Below, one piece after another: positions 1 to 9,763 of a stretch of 32,000 nucleotides of DNA. The notes under the pieces are model-generated. The model was not told the origin of the DNA, searched no databases, and was given only the letters and a program-made list of their open reading frames with translations. Every line of letters begins with the position of its first letter. The first letter of the stretch is position 1. The translations under genes and the position numbers were made by a program. Source of the stretch: Microbacterium phage YuuY; the sequence record MN284901.1; one strand, given 5' to 3'.

Positions 1-303
1 TTGGCCGAGTGGTCCATGCTGACCAAGGCCACGGGGCTGACGCCCATCGACCAGTACGAGAAGGTTCTCACCCAGACGTTCAAGGGCGTCTACGGCGTGG
101 ACCCGACCGCCGAGGATGAAGAGGGCAACCTGCTGCATCCCGATGCTGAGCCGCTGACCACGGACGCCCGTGCCGTGTCCAGCCGTAGCGAGGAGACGAT
201 CCTTCCTGGGGCCATGCTCCACGTCGTGGTGAACGCATTCATGACGTGGCAGAACTCGTCGGGTGAGATCTCCATCCGCCCTACGAAATCGGGCCGCGTC
301 TAG
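1..303 (+). CDS. Tail assembly chaperone, upstream (GpG-like) product; may be truncated at the window edge
   Basis: Short ORF directly upstream of the tape measure gene, ending at tag 301-303; an open -1 frame continues downstream to 692. Confidence 0.6.
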   Translation: MAEWSMLTKATGLTPIDQYEKVLTQTFKGVYGVDPTAEDEEGNLLHPDAEPLTTDARAVSSRSEETILPGAMLHVVVNAFMTWQNSSGEISIRPTKSGRV

Positions 304-692
304 CACTCCTGCTAGACCTGGCCCTAGAGTCCGGGCGACCCCCGCTTCGCCTCCTTGACGAGGGAAGCCCGGACTCTTGGCAAGAAATTGACCTAGAGGT
401 CGTTTCGCAATGGCGTCGCATGAAGGAGGTCAAGTGCACAGGCTGCGGGCGACCGCTGGCCCAGCACTTGCACAATTCAAGATTGGGTCGGGAAGAGACC
501 CCCGAGGACTACATGGCTTGGTCCCTGGAGTGCCCCGCGATGCAGGCTATCGCGATCGGGCAGGACATGTGGAAGACGGCGAACAAGACCTCGCTGGAAG
601 CCTTCCACAAGGGCAACGGGCCAGACCCCGGGATGGGCGTCTACTGGCTGAGCCAGGGCGACGGCGAAGTCCTACCGACCCCCGAGAAGTAG
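267..692 (+). CDS. Tail assembly chaperone -1 frame extension (GpT-like), likely made by programmed frameshift
   Basis: Frame 3 is open from after the tga at 264-266 to the stop at 690-692, giving ...LALLLDLALESGRPPLRLLDEGSPDSWQEIDLEVVSQWRRMKEVKCTGCGRPLAQH... Position immediately before the tape measure gene is classic. The listed ORF at 420 is only its internal ATG. Confidence 0.6.
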   Translation, partial: DLHPPYEIGPRLALLLDLALESGRPPLRLLDEGSPDSWQEIDLEVVSQWRRMKEVKCTGCGRPLAQHLHNSRLGREETPEDYMAWSLECPAMQAIAIGQDMWKTANKTSLEAFHKGNGPDPGMGVYWLSQGDGEVLPTPEK

Positions 693-720
693 CACACGAC
701 CAGCTAGGAAGGAGAACAGC

Positions 721-3132
721 ATGGCTGACAACGATGTGAAGATCAAGGTCTCCATGGATGGCGACAAGGTCGTCATCGCGGGCCTTGAGGGCATCGGCGA
801 CGCTGCTGGGAAGACCGACTCCAAGCTGGGCGGCATGATCAAGGGAGGGCTGGCCGGTGCCGGTAAGGCACTGGTCGGCTTCTCCGCCGCTGCTGTCGCG
901 GCCGGTTCGGCCCTGGCAGTGGGCGTCGTGGGTGCGTATGCAGCCTACGAGCAGAACATCGGTGGTATTGAAACCCTGTTCGGGAAGTCCGCCGGTAAGA
1001 TGGAGCAGTACGCGAATGACGCGTACAAGACTGCGGGCCTGAGTGCCAACGCATACATGGAGCAGGTCACCAGCTTCAGCGCGTCGCTGCTCCAGGGTCT
1101 TGGTGGAGACACCGAGAAGGCCGCTGATGTGGCCGACAAGGCGATGGTCGACATGAGCGACAACGCCAATAAGTTCGGCAGCAACATCGCCGACGTGCAG
1201 AACGCCTATCAGGGCTTCGCTAAGCAGAACTTCACGATGCTTGACAACCTCAAGCTCGGCTACGGTGGTACGCGCGAAGAGATGGCGCGGCTCATCAACG
1301 ACTCCGGTGTCATGGGCGACACCTTCACGGCTACGGCCAGCAACCTCGATGAAGTGTCCTTCGACAAGATCATCGAGGGCATCCACGTCGTCCAGGACGA
1401 AATGGGCATCGCGGGCACCACGGCCAAGGAAGCCAGTGAGACCATCTCCGGCTCCATCGGCATGCTCCAGGGCAGCTTCCAGAACCTGCTGGTCGGCCTC
1501 GGCAGCGCGGATCAGGATGTGGCCGCGCTTGCTGGCAACGTCATTGAGTCGCTTGAGACGGTCATCACCAACATCAGCCCGGTCATTGAGAACCTGGGTG
1601 CCAACATGGCTGAGCTCGGCCCCAAGCTGGGCGACATGATGGAGTCGCTGGTGGGTGCCGTGGCAAGCGCCATCCCCGCTCTACTGGACGCTGGCGTGGG
1701 CCTCATCGGCGGGCTGGTGTCGGGCATCAGCAGCGCCCTCCCGTCTCTCATCACTGCGCTGGTGCCTGGCGTCATCGGCCTGGTGCAGAGCCTCGCCACG
1801 CTGCTTCCCCAGCTCATCAGCGCTGGTGCAGAGGCCGTCGCTGCGCTGGCCGTGGGCATCGCCGAGGCAGCCCCTACGCTTATCCCTGCCGTCATCGAGG
1901 GCATCCTCGGTATGGTGCAGGCCATCATCGACAACCTGCCTCTCCTGCTGGACGCTGGTCTGCAGCTTGTCACCGGCCTGGCTACCGGCATCCTGGAGGC
2001 CATCCCCGTCATCGTGGAGATGCTGCCCCAGCTCATTGAGGGCATCGTGGCGTTCATCGCGACTGGTGTGCCCATGCTGATTGAGGCCGGGGTGCAGCTC
2101 TTCACGGCGCTGGTCGGTGCCCTGCCGGACATTATCACCCAGATCGTAGCAGTGCTGCCCCAGATCATTACGTCGCTTATCACGGCCATCCTGGGGGCCA
2201 TCCCGCTCTTGATTGACGCGGGCATCCAGCTTATCACAGCTCTGGTGACGGCCCTGCCCGAAATCATCCAGGCGATCGTCGCAGCCATCCCGCAGATCAT
2301 CACGGCTGTGCTGGACGCGGTCATCGGCAGCATCCCGCTGCTCATCGACGCGGGCATCAAGCTTATCACGTCCCTCATCGGTGCGCTGCCCCAGATCATC
2401 AATACCATCATCGGTGCCATTCCGCAAATCATCGGCTCGGTGCTGAACGCGCTGACCGGGGCCATCCCTCAGCTCATCATGGCTGGTGTCAAGCTGCTGA
2501 CCAGCGTCATCACCAACCTGCCCAGCATTATCGGGACCATCGTGGGTGCCATCCCCCAGATCATCGGCGGCATCGTCGGCGCGCTGGGCAACGGCATCGG
2601 GCAGATCGTCTCGGTCGGCGGCAACATCGTACGGGGTCTCTGGGACGGCATCTCCGGCGCGGCTGGCTGGCTCTTCAATAAGATCGGCGGCTTCGTCAAC
2701 GACGTGATGGGCAACATCGGCAGCTTCTTCGGCATTGCCAGCCCGTCTAAGCGCATGCGCGACGAGATCGGCGCGTTCCTGCCGTCCGGCCTTGGGGTTG
2801 GTGTGGCCGAGAACGAGGCTGCTGCACTTGGTCCCATTCAGGACATGAACAAGAAGGTCATGAAGGAGGCTGCACAGCTTCCCACCCTGGCCTACGACCA
2901 GCAGGTCACCCAGACGCTGACACAGCAGATCATGCCGACCCAGGTGCCCATGCAGACCACGGCCACACCTGTCGGCCTGGGTGCTGCCGTGCCTCAGTCC
3001 ATCGTGATCTCTGGCCCGCTGGTCAGTGTGGACACCATGTCGGTCCGCAACGACCAGGACATTCGGGCGCTGTCCACCCAGCTCAAGACGGACATGACCC
3101 GCGAGCTGCGAGCACAAGGAGTGATGTCATGA
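721..3132 (+). CDS. Tape measure protein
   Basis: 803 aa, the longest continuous tail ORF region, with hydrophobic helical 44-aa repeats (IPLLIDAGIQLITALVTALPEIIQAIVAAIPQIITAVLDAVIGS...), preceded by ggagaac and the chaperone pair. Confidence 0.93.
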   Translation: MADNDVKIKVSMDGDKVVIAGLEGIGDAAGKTDSKLGGMIKGGLAGAGKALVGFSAAAVAAGSALAVGVVGAYAAYEQNIGGIETLFGKSAGKMEQYANDAYKTAGLSANAYMEQVTSFSASLLQGLGGDTEKAADVADKAMVDMSDNANKFGSNIADVQNAYQGFAKQNFTMLDNLKLGYGGTREEMARLINDSGVMGDTFTATASNLDEVSFDKIIEGIHVVQDEMGIAGTTAKEASETISGSIGMLQGSFQNLLVGLGSADQDVAALAGNVIESLETVITNISPVIENLGANMAELGPKLGDMMESLVGAVASAIPALLDAGVGLIGGLVSGISSALPSLITALVPGVIGLVQSLATLLPQLISAGAEAVAALAVGIAEAAPTLIPAVIEGILGMVQAIIDNLPLLLDAGLQLVTGLATGILEAIPVIVEMLPQLIEGIVAFIATGVPMLIEAGVQLFTALVGALPDIITQIVAVLPQIITSLITAILGAIPLLIDAGIQLITALVTALPEIIQAIVAAIPQIITAVLDAVIGSIPLLIDAGIKLITSLIGALPQIINTIIGAIPQIIGSVLNALTGAIPQLIMAGVKLLTSVITNLPSIIGTIVGAIPQIIGGIVGALGNGIGQIVSVGGNIVRGLWDGISGAAGWLFNKIGGFVNDVMGNIGSFFGIASPSKRMRDEIGAFLPSGLGVGVAENEAAALGPIQDMNKKVMKEAAQLPTLAYDQQVTQTLTQQIMPTQVPMQTTATPVGLGAAVPQSIVISGPLVSVDTMSVRNDQDIRALSTQLKTDMTRELRAQGVMS

Positions 3133-3902
3133 GCTTCAAGTTGGGTACGTTCGACACCGACAACGTAGACGGCTTCAAGGCCATCCTGGATGCCTGGCCG
3201 GTGCTGCCGGTGGACATGCAGATGGACGAGCTGCCCGCCGGAGACGGGTCGCTGTACTACCGGTCCCGCATGACCGAGACGGAGTGGGTGTTCAACCTCG
3301 AGCTGACCGGCACGGACATCGACGACGTGTTCGCCAAGGCCGACGTCATCAGCCGTGCCCTGAACCCCAAGCTGAACGGCGCACAGGACTTCACGCCGAA
3401 CGCGCTGGACGGCTGGGTATGGCAGGGCGTCCTCTCCGAGATCATCGAGTGGGAGCGGGACAAGGTCGTATGGTTCAGCGACCAGGGCATCTGTCGGATG
3501 TCGGGCCAGGCCACCATCACCACCCCGAACCCCTACGGCTACTCCACGGGCGCTCCGGTGACCCTGCCTGCACCGGGCACGCTGGCCCTGGCCGGTGCAG
3601 GCACCACCAGCTTCCACCCCATCATTGAGTTCCGGGGTGTCCTGAACAGCGTGCAGCGATTCGTCGCTGGCCCGGTGCAGGTCGCCGGTCCGCTGACGGC
3701 ATCCCAGACGCTTGTCCTGGACTTCAACGCGATGGACTTCTACATCAAGACCACGGCGACCGGGGCCAAGGTGCGCAACGTCGCTGACCGGTTCACCAGC
3801 TTCGCCAAGCTGGAGGGCAACACCAGCCTCAACGTCCCCGTCAGCGTCACCGCTGGCACGTTCACCCAGGCCGTAGGCCGTGTCCCGTCCCGGAGGATCT
3901 GA
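3129..3902 (+). CDS. Distal tail / phage tail component protein
   Basis: ATGA overlap with the tape measure stop; position and size (257 aa) typical of Dit-like proteins. Confidence 0.7.
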   Translation: MSFKLGTFDTDNVDGFKAILDAWPVLPVDMQMDELPAGDGSLYYRSRMTETEWVFNLELTGTDIDDVFAKADVISRALNPKLNGAQDFTPNALDGWVWQGVLSEIIEWERDKVVWFSDQGICRMSGQATITTPNPYGYSTGAPVTLPAPGTLALAGAGTTSFHPIIEFRGVLNSVQRFVAGPVQVAGPLTASQTLVLDFNAMDFYIKTTATGAKVRNVADRFTSFAKLEGNTSLNVPVSVTAGTFTQAVGRVPSRRI

Positions 3903-6328
3903 TGGCTGAGTACAGCCGCGTAACCACCCGAGGCGACTGGACCGGCGAGTGGGACCCGGATGCCACGACCCAGGTCCTGCTCCGCATGGACAGCTTCGTC
4001 GGAAACGAGAACAACCGTCCCACGCCCGACAGCTCCGGCAAGGACCGCACGGCCATCGCCATCAACTATGGTGGAGGCACCAGCGCCGTCGCGGTCGCGT
4101 CTCGCTGGGGCACTGCGCTGCGCATGAACAACGCCGGGGTCTCTGAGCAGACCTCCATTCGTGTGGCCAACGACGGCACCCTGTTCCCGTCCTCCGGAAC
4201 CGTCATGGTCGGTGCGTGGTATAACGGCAAGGTCGACCGTACCTGGAACCCCGTGCTGTCTACCCGTGGTGGCTCAGAAGCCCCGCTGGTGCACCTGGCC
4301 GTCAACACCAGCGCCTTCGGCCCTCAGCTCAACTACCGGTTCTACAGCGCCAGCGGAACCCAGCTCGTCAGCGAGTGGATGGACACTGTGCTGGAGCCGG
4401 ACAAGTGGTACTGGATCGGCGCGGTCATGGACCTGACGCTGGGCACCTACTCGGTCTACATCGTGTCGCTGGATACCGGAGCTATCGAGTCTGAGTCCGG
4501 GACTGTCGCTGGTATGAACGCTAGCTGCACGGCCAACCTCGAGGTCGGCTTCGGCCCGTCCCCAGAGTACAGCCGCGCGACCGTGGACGAGGTCGTGGTG
4601 GTCGCGCCGTTCGTGGGCAACGCTGGCCAGTGGGCACTCCGCAACCGGCTCGCCAACGGAGCGCTCGAGGCCACTCAGGCAGACACCAACACCGTCTCGG
4701 GGCGCATCTCCCCCCGGCCGACGGCGACCCTGCCCGTGGTGGCCGAGACACGCGCCATGCCTGGCCAGTGGGGCAGCGACACCCCTCAGATCACCATCAA
4801 CGGCCAGGGAGCGACGGTGCGCTATCGCACGAGTTCCAACCTGGTCGACTGGAGCGCGTGGAAGAACGCGTCCCAGATCGCGACTGAGCCGGACCGAGCT
4901 TGGATCCAGTACGAGGTCACCCTTACGGCGACCGACAGCTACGTGGACGACATCCTGCTCAGCACGGCTCCCCCGGTCACCCCTCCCCTGCCCGCGACCA
5001 AGCCCGTCCAGCCGTTCTCCCTGGACCCCCTGCTCGTGGCACCCAGCGGGGGAGGGGTGTTCCTCCAGGACACGCTGCTGCGCTGCCGTACCCTGGACAC
5101 CGACAGCAATGAGTCCACCCTGACTTTCACGCTGAGCCTGGCTGACCCCAAGGCCACACAGATTGAGGCAGAGATGCCCGTCGTCTTCAAGGGACGGCAC
5201 TATGTGGCCCGAGGCATCACGACGACCAAGTCTCGGCGGGTCAACGAGGTTGAGGTATACTGCGAGCGCAACTGGTATGACCTGCTGTACGCGGGCCAGA
5301 TCGACACCCAGTCGTGGACGGGCACGGCCTTCAGCGTCATGACCTCGCTGCTGGCTGACACCGGCTGGTACGTGGGACAGGTGGACCCGTCCGCTGTGCT
5401 GGGCTGGGACAACGACTCCGGCACCGTGCTCGGTGTGCTGAAGCAGGTCGCCAAGGTGTACGGGGGAGACCTGGTCTTTGACGACGTGAACAAGTTCGTG
5501 CATCTGCTGAACCAGGGTGGTCGTGACCGTGGCACCTACTTCAGCTACGAGAAGGGCATCAGCTCCGCTCAGAAGCGCGAGGACACGACCAACCTGGTGA
5601 CCCGCATCTATGGCCGGAACGCTGAAGGGTTGACCATCGCCCCGGCGAACAACGGCGTGCCCTACGTGGAGGACTACACCTGGACCGACGAGGTCCGTGA
5701 GAGCACCTACGACTTCAAGTCCGGCATGACGCCCCAGGCCATGCTCCGCTTCCTGAACGCCTTCATCGGTGACCGGGCCAAGCCGACCATCAGCTACGAG
5801 TACGAGGTAGCTGGCCTGGTGGACCGCGTGGACGAGGTTGACCGGTTCGAGGTACTGGACATCGTCTTCGTGATGGACGAGGACTACGCACAGTCGGTCA
5901 AGAGCCGCGTGGTGCAGCTTGAGATCGACTGGGTGGACCTTCGCAATAGCAAGATCACCCTCGCGAACAAGCTGCGGAGCCTTGCCAGCAGCGACGACAG
6001 CACCGACCCCGGCGCACTGACCACGGGCCAGACCATCGACACGCGAGACATCAACCCCTTCAACCTGCTGGTGAACAGCCGTGGCGACAATGGCATGGCG
6101 CACTGGGCAGGGACCGGGGTGCAGGTCGTGGAGGGTGGCGCGACTGGCCGGTACAGCTTCGCGTTCGGCGCTTCCGGAGGCACACTGGAGCAGACCGTCG
6201 CCAGCGACAACCGCGACAACTTCATCTTCAGTGCCCAGGTGGAGGCAGACGCCGAGTCTGCTGTGCTGGTGGAGGTTACCTTCCAGTACACCGACGGCAC
6301 GTCCGAGACGATGACTCTGGAGCTGTGA
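3902..6328 (+). CDS. Minor tail protein (tail-tip/Tal-like, with LamG-like N-terminal region)
   Basis: 808 aa ORF following the Dit-like gene; beta-rich N-terminus (WTGEWDPDATTQVLLRMDSF..., SMNASC-type LamG-like segments). Confidence 0.65.
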   Translation: MAEYSRVTTRGDWTGEWDPDATTQVLLRMDSFVGNENNRPTPDSSGKDRTAIAINYGGGTSAVAVASRWGTALRMNNAGVSEQTSIRVANDGTLFPSSGTVMVGAWYNGKVDRTWNPVLSTRGGSEAPLVHLAVNTSAFGPQLNYRFYSASGTQLVSEWMDTVLEPDKWYWIGAVMDLTLGTYSVYIVSLDTGAIESESGTVAGMNASCTANLEVGFGPSPEYSRATVDEVVVVAPFVGNAGQWALRNRLANGALEATQADTNTVSGRISPRPTATLPVVAETRAMPGQWGSDTPQITINGQGATVRYRTSSNLVDWSAWKNASQIATEPDRAWIQYEVTLTATDSYVDDILLSTAPPVTPPLPATKPVQPFSLDPLLVAPSGGGVFLQDTLLRCRTLDTDSNESTLTFTLSLADPKATQIEAEMPVVFKGRHYVARGITTTKSRRVNEVEVYCERNWYDLLYAGQIDTQSWTGTAFSVMTSLLADTGWYVGQVDPSAVLGWDNDSGTVLGVLKQVAKVYGGDLVFDDVNKFVHLLNQGGRDRGTYFSYEKGISSAQKREDTTNLVTRIYGRNAEGLTIAPANNGVPYVEDYTWTDEVRESTYDFKSGMTPQAMLRFLNAFIGDRAKPTISYEYEVAGLVDRVDEVDRFEVLDIVFVMDEDYAQSVKSRVVQLEIDWVDLRNSKITLANKLRSLASSDDSTDPGALTTGQTIDTRDINPFNLLVNSRGDNGMAHWAGTGVQVVEGGATGRYSFAFGASGGTLEQTVASDNRDNFIFSAQVEADAESAVLVEVTFQYTDGTSETMTLEL

Positions 6329-6329
6329 C

Positions 6330-6518
6330 ATGGTAGCCCGACGCGCCACGCTGCGCAACCCCAGCACATTCAAGCAGACCCTCACGATCAAGGTCGCGGT
6401 CAAAACCACCGACGCCGACGTGAAGGTCACCGACTTGATTCTGCAGGCGGGCACCGTCGGCACCGGCTGGGTCCCCAACGTGACCGAGATGCCGTGGACG
6501 GCTGGGGTGGTGAGCTAG
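6330..6518 (+). CDS. Small tail-associated beta-domain protein
   Basis: 62 aa, directly between tail genes; similar to the N-terminus of the next ORF (KVTDLILQAG / KVTDIQLNPG). Confidence 0.5.
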   Translation: MVARRATLRNPSTFKQTLTIKVAVKTTDADVKVTDLILQAGTVGTGWVPNVTEMPWTAGVVS

Positions 6519-7115
6519 ATGGCATTCATCAGGACCTTCGGCGTGCTGCACCCGAACAAGGCCGTGCAAGGTGTGGCCGTGAAGATCAGCACCCAGGACG
6601 AGGCCAAGGTCACCGACATCCAGCTCAACCCCGGCAGCAGCCTCTTCTCCTGGTCGCCTATGGTGGGTGACCTGGCTCTGGTGGCTGCCCCGACCTGGCG
6701 CTACGTGAACGGCATGATCCAGGAGGACTACGCCACTTGGGTGATGTCTGACGAGGACATCGCCAGCCCGTATCGTGGCTACCTGTACCCCGTGGGCACC
6801 CAGACGGTCGAGTGGGGGCTGCTGTACCTCGGGGAGATCTCTTCTCACCACACCTTCGACGGGTACGACTACACCACCACGGTCGGCGCTGGGGTTACCC
6901 CGCACCTGACGGCACGGCAGGACCAGCGGCTGGACCTCACGACCGATGGTATCATGTCGGCCATCGTAGCCCTCAAGGGCATCCACACTGACCCCGGCAG
7001 CAACGCCCGCACTGACACGGGCACTGTCACCGAATCCCACGCCGAGGGCTGGTCCGCTGTCTGGGGCTGGCACGAGAGCTGGGCAGACGTCGTATCAGAT
7101 CATGGAGGCTGGTAA
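6519..7115 (+). CDS. Minor tail protein
   Basis: 198 aa ORF packed tightly in the tail operon. Confidence 0.6.
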   Translation: MAFIRTFGVLHPNKAVQGVAVKISTQDEAKVTDIQLNPGSSLFSWSPMVGDLALVAAPTWRYVNGMIQEDYATWVMSDEDIASPYRGYLYPVGTQTVEWGLLYLGEISSHHTFDGYDYTTTVGAGVTPHLTARQDQRLDLTTDGIMSAIVALKGIHTDPGSNARTDTGTVTESHAEGWSAVWGWHESWADVVSDHGGW

Positions 7116-7591
7116 TGGCTATCACCAAGCCGGACTACCCCGACTACGGGCCGGACACCTTCACCAAGCTCCAGGAGCTGGTGGACACGTTCTACGCGAA
7201 CGACGAGGAGCTCAAGGAGCTCATTGACAACATCGAGCCGAGCGTGTCGGTCACTAAGGCTGCTATCGCGCTTGCCAGCGGGTACTCGAACAACGCGAGC
7301 TATGTGGCCTCCGAGGCGATCAAGGTCGGCACCCTGGTCACGATCGACCTGGGGCTGGTCAACTGCCCTTCAACGGTCGGCGGGAACCAGTATTACACCC
7401 TCGGCACCATGCCTGCCGGATACCGGCCAACGGGGAAGCATCGGATGGGTGTCGGCATGATCTACGCCGGGACAGTGATGAAGCCCGTGCAGCTCCGCCT
7501 GAACACCGACGGCAGCATCAACTACCTGTCCGCCGAGACCGTATCCAACGCGAGCTACCTGTTCGCCTCTGCTATCACGTTTGCGATCTGA
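7115..7591 (+). CDS. Minor tail / tail fibre-associated protein
   Basis: 158 aa; short coiled N-terminus followed by a Gly-rich YYTLGTMPAGYRP beta region typical of fibre or spike domains. Confidence 0.55.
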   Translation: MAITKPDYPDYGPDTFTKLQELVDTFYANDEELKELIDNIEPSVSVTKAAIALASGYSNNASYVASEAIKVGTLVTIDLGLVNCPSTVGGNQYYTLGTMPAGYRPTGKHRMGVGMIYAGTVMKPVQLRLNTDGSINYLSAETVSNASYLFASAITFAI

Positions 7592-7592
7592 C

Positions 7593-9737
7593 ATGGGTAC
7601 TCGAGTAGCGCTCTGGCACGCGAACCAGACTGTCCGCACCGAAGGGGTGCTGGACAAGTATGGGGACAACATTGACGACGTCTTCCTGGTGGCCTACGAG
7701 CTGCGCACCACGGGCCTCGCCAACCTGAACATCCAGAACACCGTGGAAGCAGCCCGCGCCAAGTGGCCGAACATCCGCTGGTGGATAACCATCCAGTGCT
7801 TCAGCTCCGCCGCGTGGAAGGCCATCGGCACCCCAGGCGACCCGCTTCGTGTGGCCGTGCTCGCTCAGATGGAGGAAATCTACGCGTCGTACCCGTGGAT
7901 CACCGGCATCGACATGGACGCTGAGGGCTTCGGTAACAACATGACCAGCGCCGAGGCGATGGCCGGTTACCGGGCACTCGGCGACCACGCACGCACGTTC
8001 GGCAAGAAGCTGAGCGCGGCCTTGCCTGCTGCGACTGAGGGCAACTTCAGCATCGGTGGCGAGAACTGGCTGGACTACGCTGCGTTCGGGGCTTACTTGG
8101 ACCAGGTCGCCATCATGACCTACGACTTCGCATGGTCGGGTAGTGCCCCTGGCCCCATCGCACCCCGCTTCTGGATCCAGCAGGTCTACGACTGGACGGT
8201 GTCCGTCATTGACCCGAAGAAGGTGCTGATGGGCGTGCCTGCCTACGGGCAGAACTGGTCCATCCACGTCCCGACTGAAGACCTGCCCGGCTACTCCCCG
8301 AGCTGGCCGTACCGGGGCAACTCCGGCGCGTACTACTGGTTCTGGTTCATGGCGACCGGCGTGTGGGGCAGCATGTCCGGCGACGACAGCCAGGACCCGG
8401 CCGAGTGGAAGCAGACGCACGCAAGCTGGTTCACCTACCGGGACATCGAGACCAACTCCCCCTTCACCCTGATCGGCTGCTACTGGTGGTCGACGGCGAA
8501 CCACGTTGCCAGCAGCAGCGGCATGGAGAAGAACAGTCTGAACGGCAAGCCGTACTTCACCAGGTACGGCAGGGCAGCAGCCGACCCCGTGGGACCGATG
8601 GTTGACCAGCGCCCCACCACCCAGCACATGACTCACAATGTGCGCCCGATCCAGGTGGTGGACAGCGAAGGCAAGTGGCACAATCAGGATGTACATAACC
8701 TCACGCTCGAGGTTCTGCAGCGCGACCCCCAGTCGGCCACCATCATGGACGACGACTGCGCCAGCACGGGCACCCTGCCCATCTACTACGCCCAGGACGG
8801 GGCAGCCTGGTCTCACTGGCGTATCTCCGACCCCATCCTGAACCCCCGCGCCTATGGTCAGTACCGTGTGGCCGGTGCGAGTCGCCTGGCGTTGACCAAC
8901 ATCGCCGGGGGTGGTGAGTTCCACGTGCAGGGGCGCTTCCAGCTCCCGTCCGCTGGCCGTGCTGGTGTCTATCACGGCAGCTACGAGGCCACGGTCGACC
9001 AGAACGGCACACTCATCCTCAGCCGGTACGGAACCACCCTGGCCACACAACAGGTCTCGGCACCGGGCACCAGCACCACGCCAGGCTCCGCTCGAGCGGT
9101 CGTGGGGCTGCGGGTACGGGGCAACCGTGCGCGGGTCTACTACAGCCGCACAGAGAACAGCGTCCCCCAGATCTTCACCTACGTTGACCCCAACTACGTC
9201 AACGGGCCTTCGGGCATGGTGTCCATCACGGGACCGGCATGGTTCGACCACGTACGATGGGGCGACGCCTGGTGGTATAACCCTCGCGAAGCCGTGGACG
9301 TGCAGTACGGTCCGTTCACCTTCCGCAACGTGGGGCGCATCCCCCGCACGAACGTAACCTGGGACGGCTTCAACCGTTTCCGTGTCAACTCGGATGTCGA
9401 GGAGCGCACCACGCGCACCCAGAGCATCTCTCCGGACTGGGAGTTCATCCACCTGAAGGGGCTTGGCATCCCGGCTGGCCAGACCAAGGCCGTTCGCATC
9501 ATACCACTCGACATCGACTGCTGGATCAGCACGGCGTACCTGTGTGACCCCAAGGGCACTAGCCTGTCACACTACTCCGACGCTGAGTACATGCAGCATT
9601 GCCGAGACATCGCCGCTTCTGAGTGGGACCTGGACGGCATTGCCGTCTGGCGTCTTGGTCAGGAGGACGTGCGCTTCTGGGAGCGCATCAAGGGGGGCAG
9701 GCTGAACCCGGACGATCGCATTCCGATCCTGGCCTGA
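7593..9737 (+). CDS. Minor tail protein with N-terminal GH18-like (chitinase/endoglycosidase) domain
   Basis: ATG at 7593 (the ORF track starts at an upstream TTG). Contains WITGIDMDAEG, resembling the GH18 DGxDxDxE catalytic motif, plus QVAIMTYDFAWSGS and KVLMGVPAYGQNW GH18-type strands. Confidence 0.7.
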   Translation: MGTRVALWHANQTVRTEGVLDKYGDNIDDVFLVAYELRTTGLANLNIQNTVEAARAKWPNIRWWITIQCFSSAAWKAIGTPGDPLRVAVLAQMEEIYASYPWITGIDMDAEGFGNNMTSAEAMAGYRALGDHARTFGKKLSAALPAATEGNFSIGGENWLDYAAFGAYLDQVAIMTYDFAWSGSAPGPIAPRFWIQQVYDWTVSVIDPKKVLMGVPAYGQNWSIHVPTEDLPGYSPSWPYRGNSGAYYWFWFMATGVWGSMSGDDSQDPAEWKQTHASWFTYRDIETNSPFTLIGCYWWSTANHVASSSGMEKNSLNGKPYFTRYGRAAADPVGPMVDQRPTTQHMTHNVRPIQVVDSEGKWHNQDVHNLTLEVLQRDPQSATIMDDDCASTGTLPIYYAQDGAAWSHWRISDPILNPRAYGQYRVAGASRLALTNIAGGGEFHVQGRFQLPSAGRAGVYHGSYEATVDQNGTLILSRYGTTLATQQVSAPGTSTTPGSARAVVGLRVRGNRARVYYSRTENSVPQIFTYVDPNYVNGPSGMVSITGPAWFDHVRWGDAWWYNPREAVDVQYGPFTFRNVGRIPRTNVTWDGFNRFRVNSDVEERTTRTQSISPDWEFIHLKGLGIPAGQTKAVRIIPLDIDCWISTAYLCDPKGTSLSHYSDAEYMQHCRDIAASEWDLDGIAVWRLGQEDVRFWERIKGGRLNPDDRIPILA

Positions 9738-9763
9738 CCCCAACCCAAGTAAGGAGAATAGTA

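Noticed and set aside
1512-2465. Antisense ORFs with repeats across the tape measure gene (also 1681-3117)
   Set aside because: The repeats are the reverse image of the tape measure 44-aa repeats.
4274-6478. 734-aa antisense ORF
   Set aside because: Exact shadow of the + strand minor tail gene in GC-rich DNA; low-complexity His/Arg/Val composition, no motifs and no SD.
7575-9452. 625-aa antisense ORF
   Set aside because: Shadow of the GH18-like tail gene.
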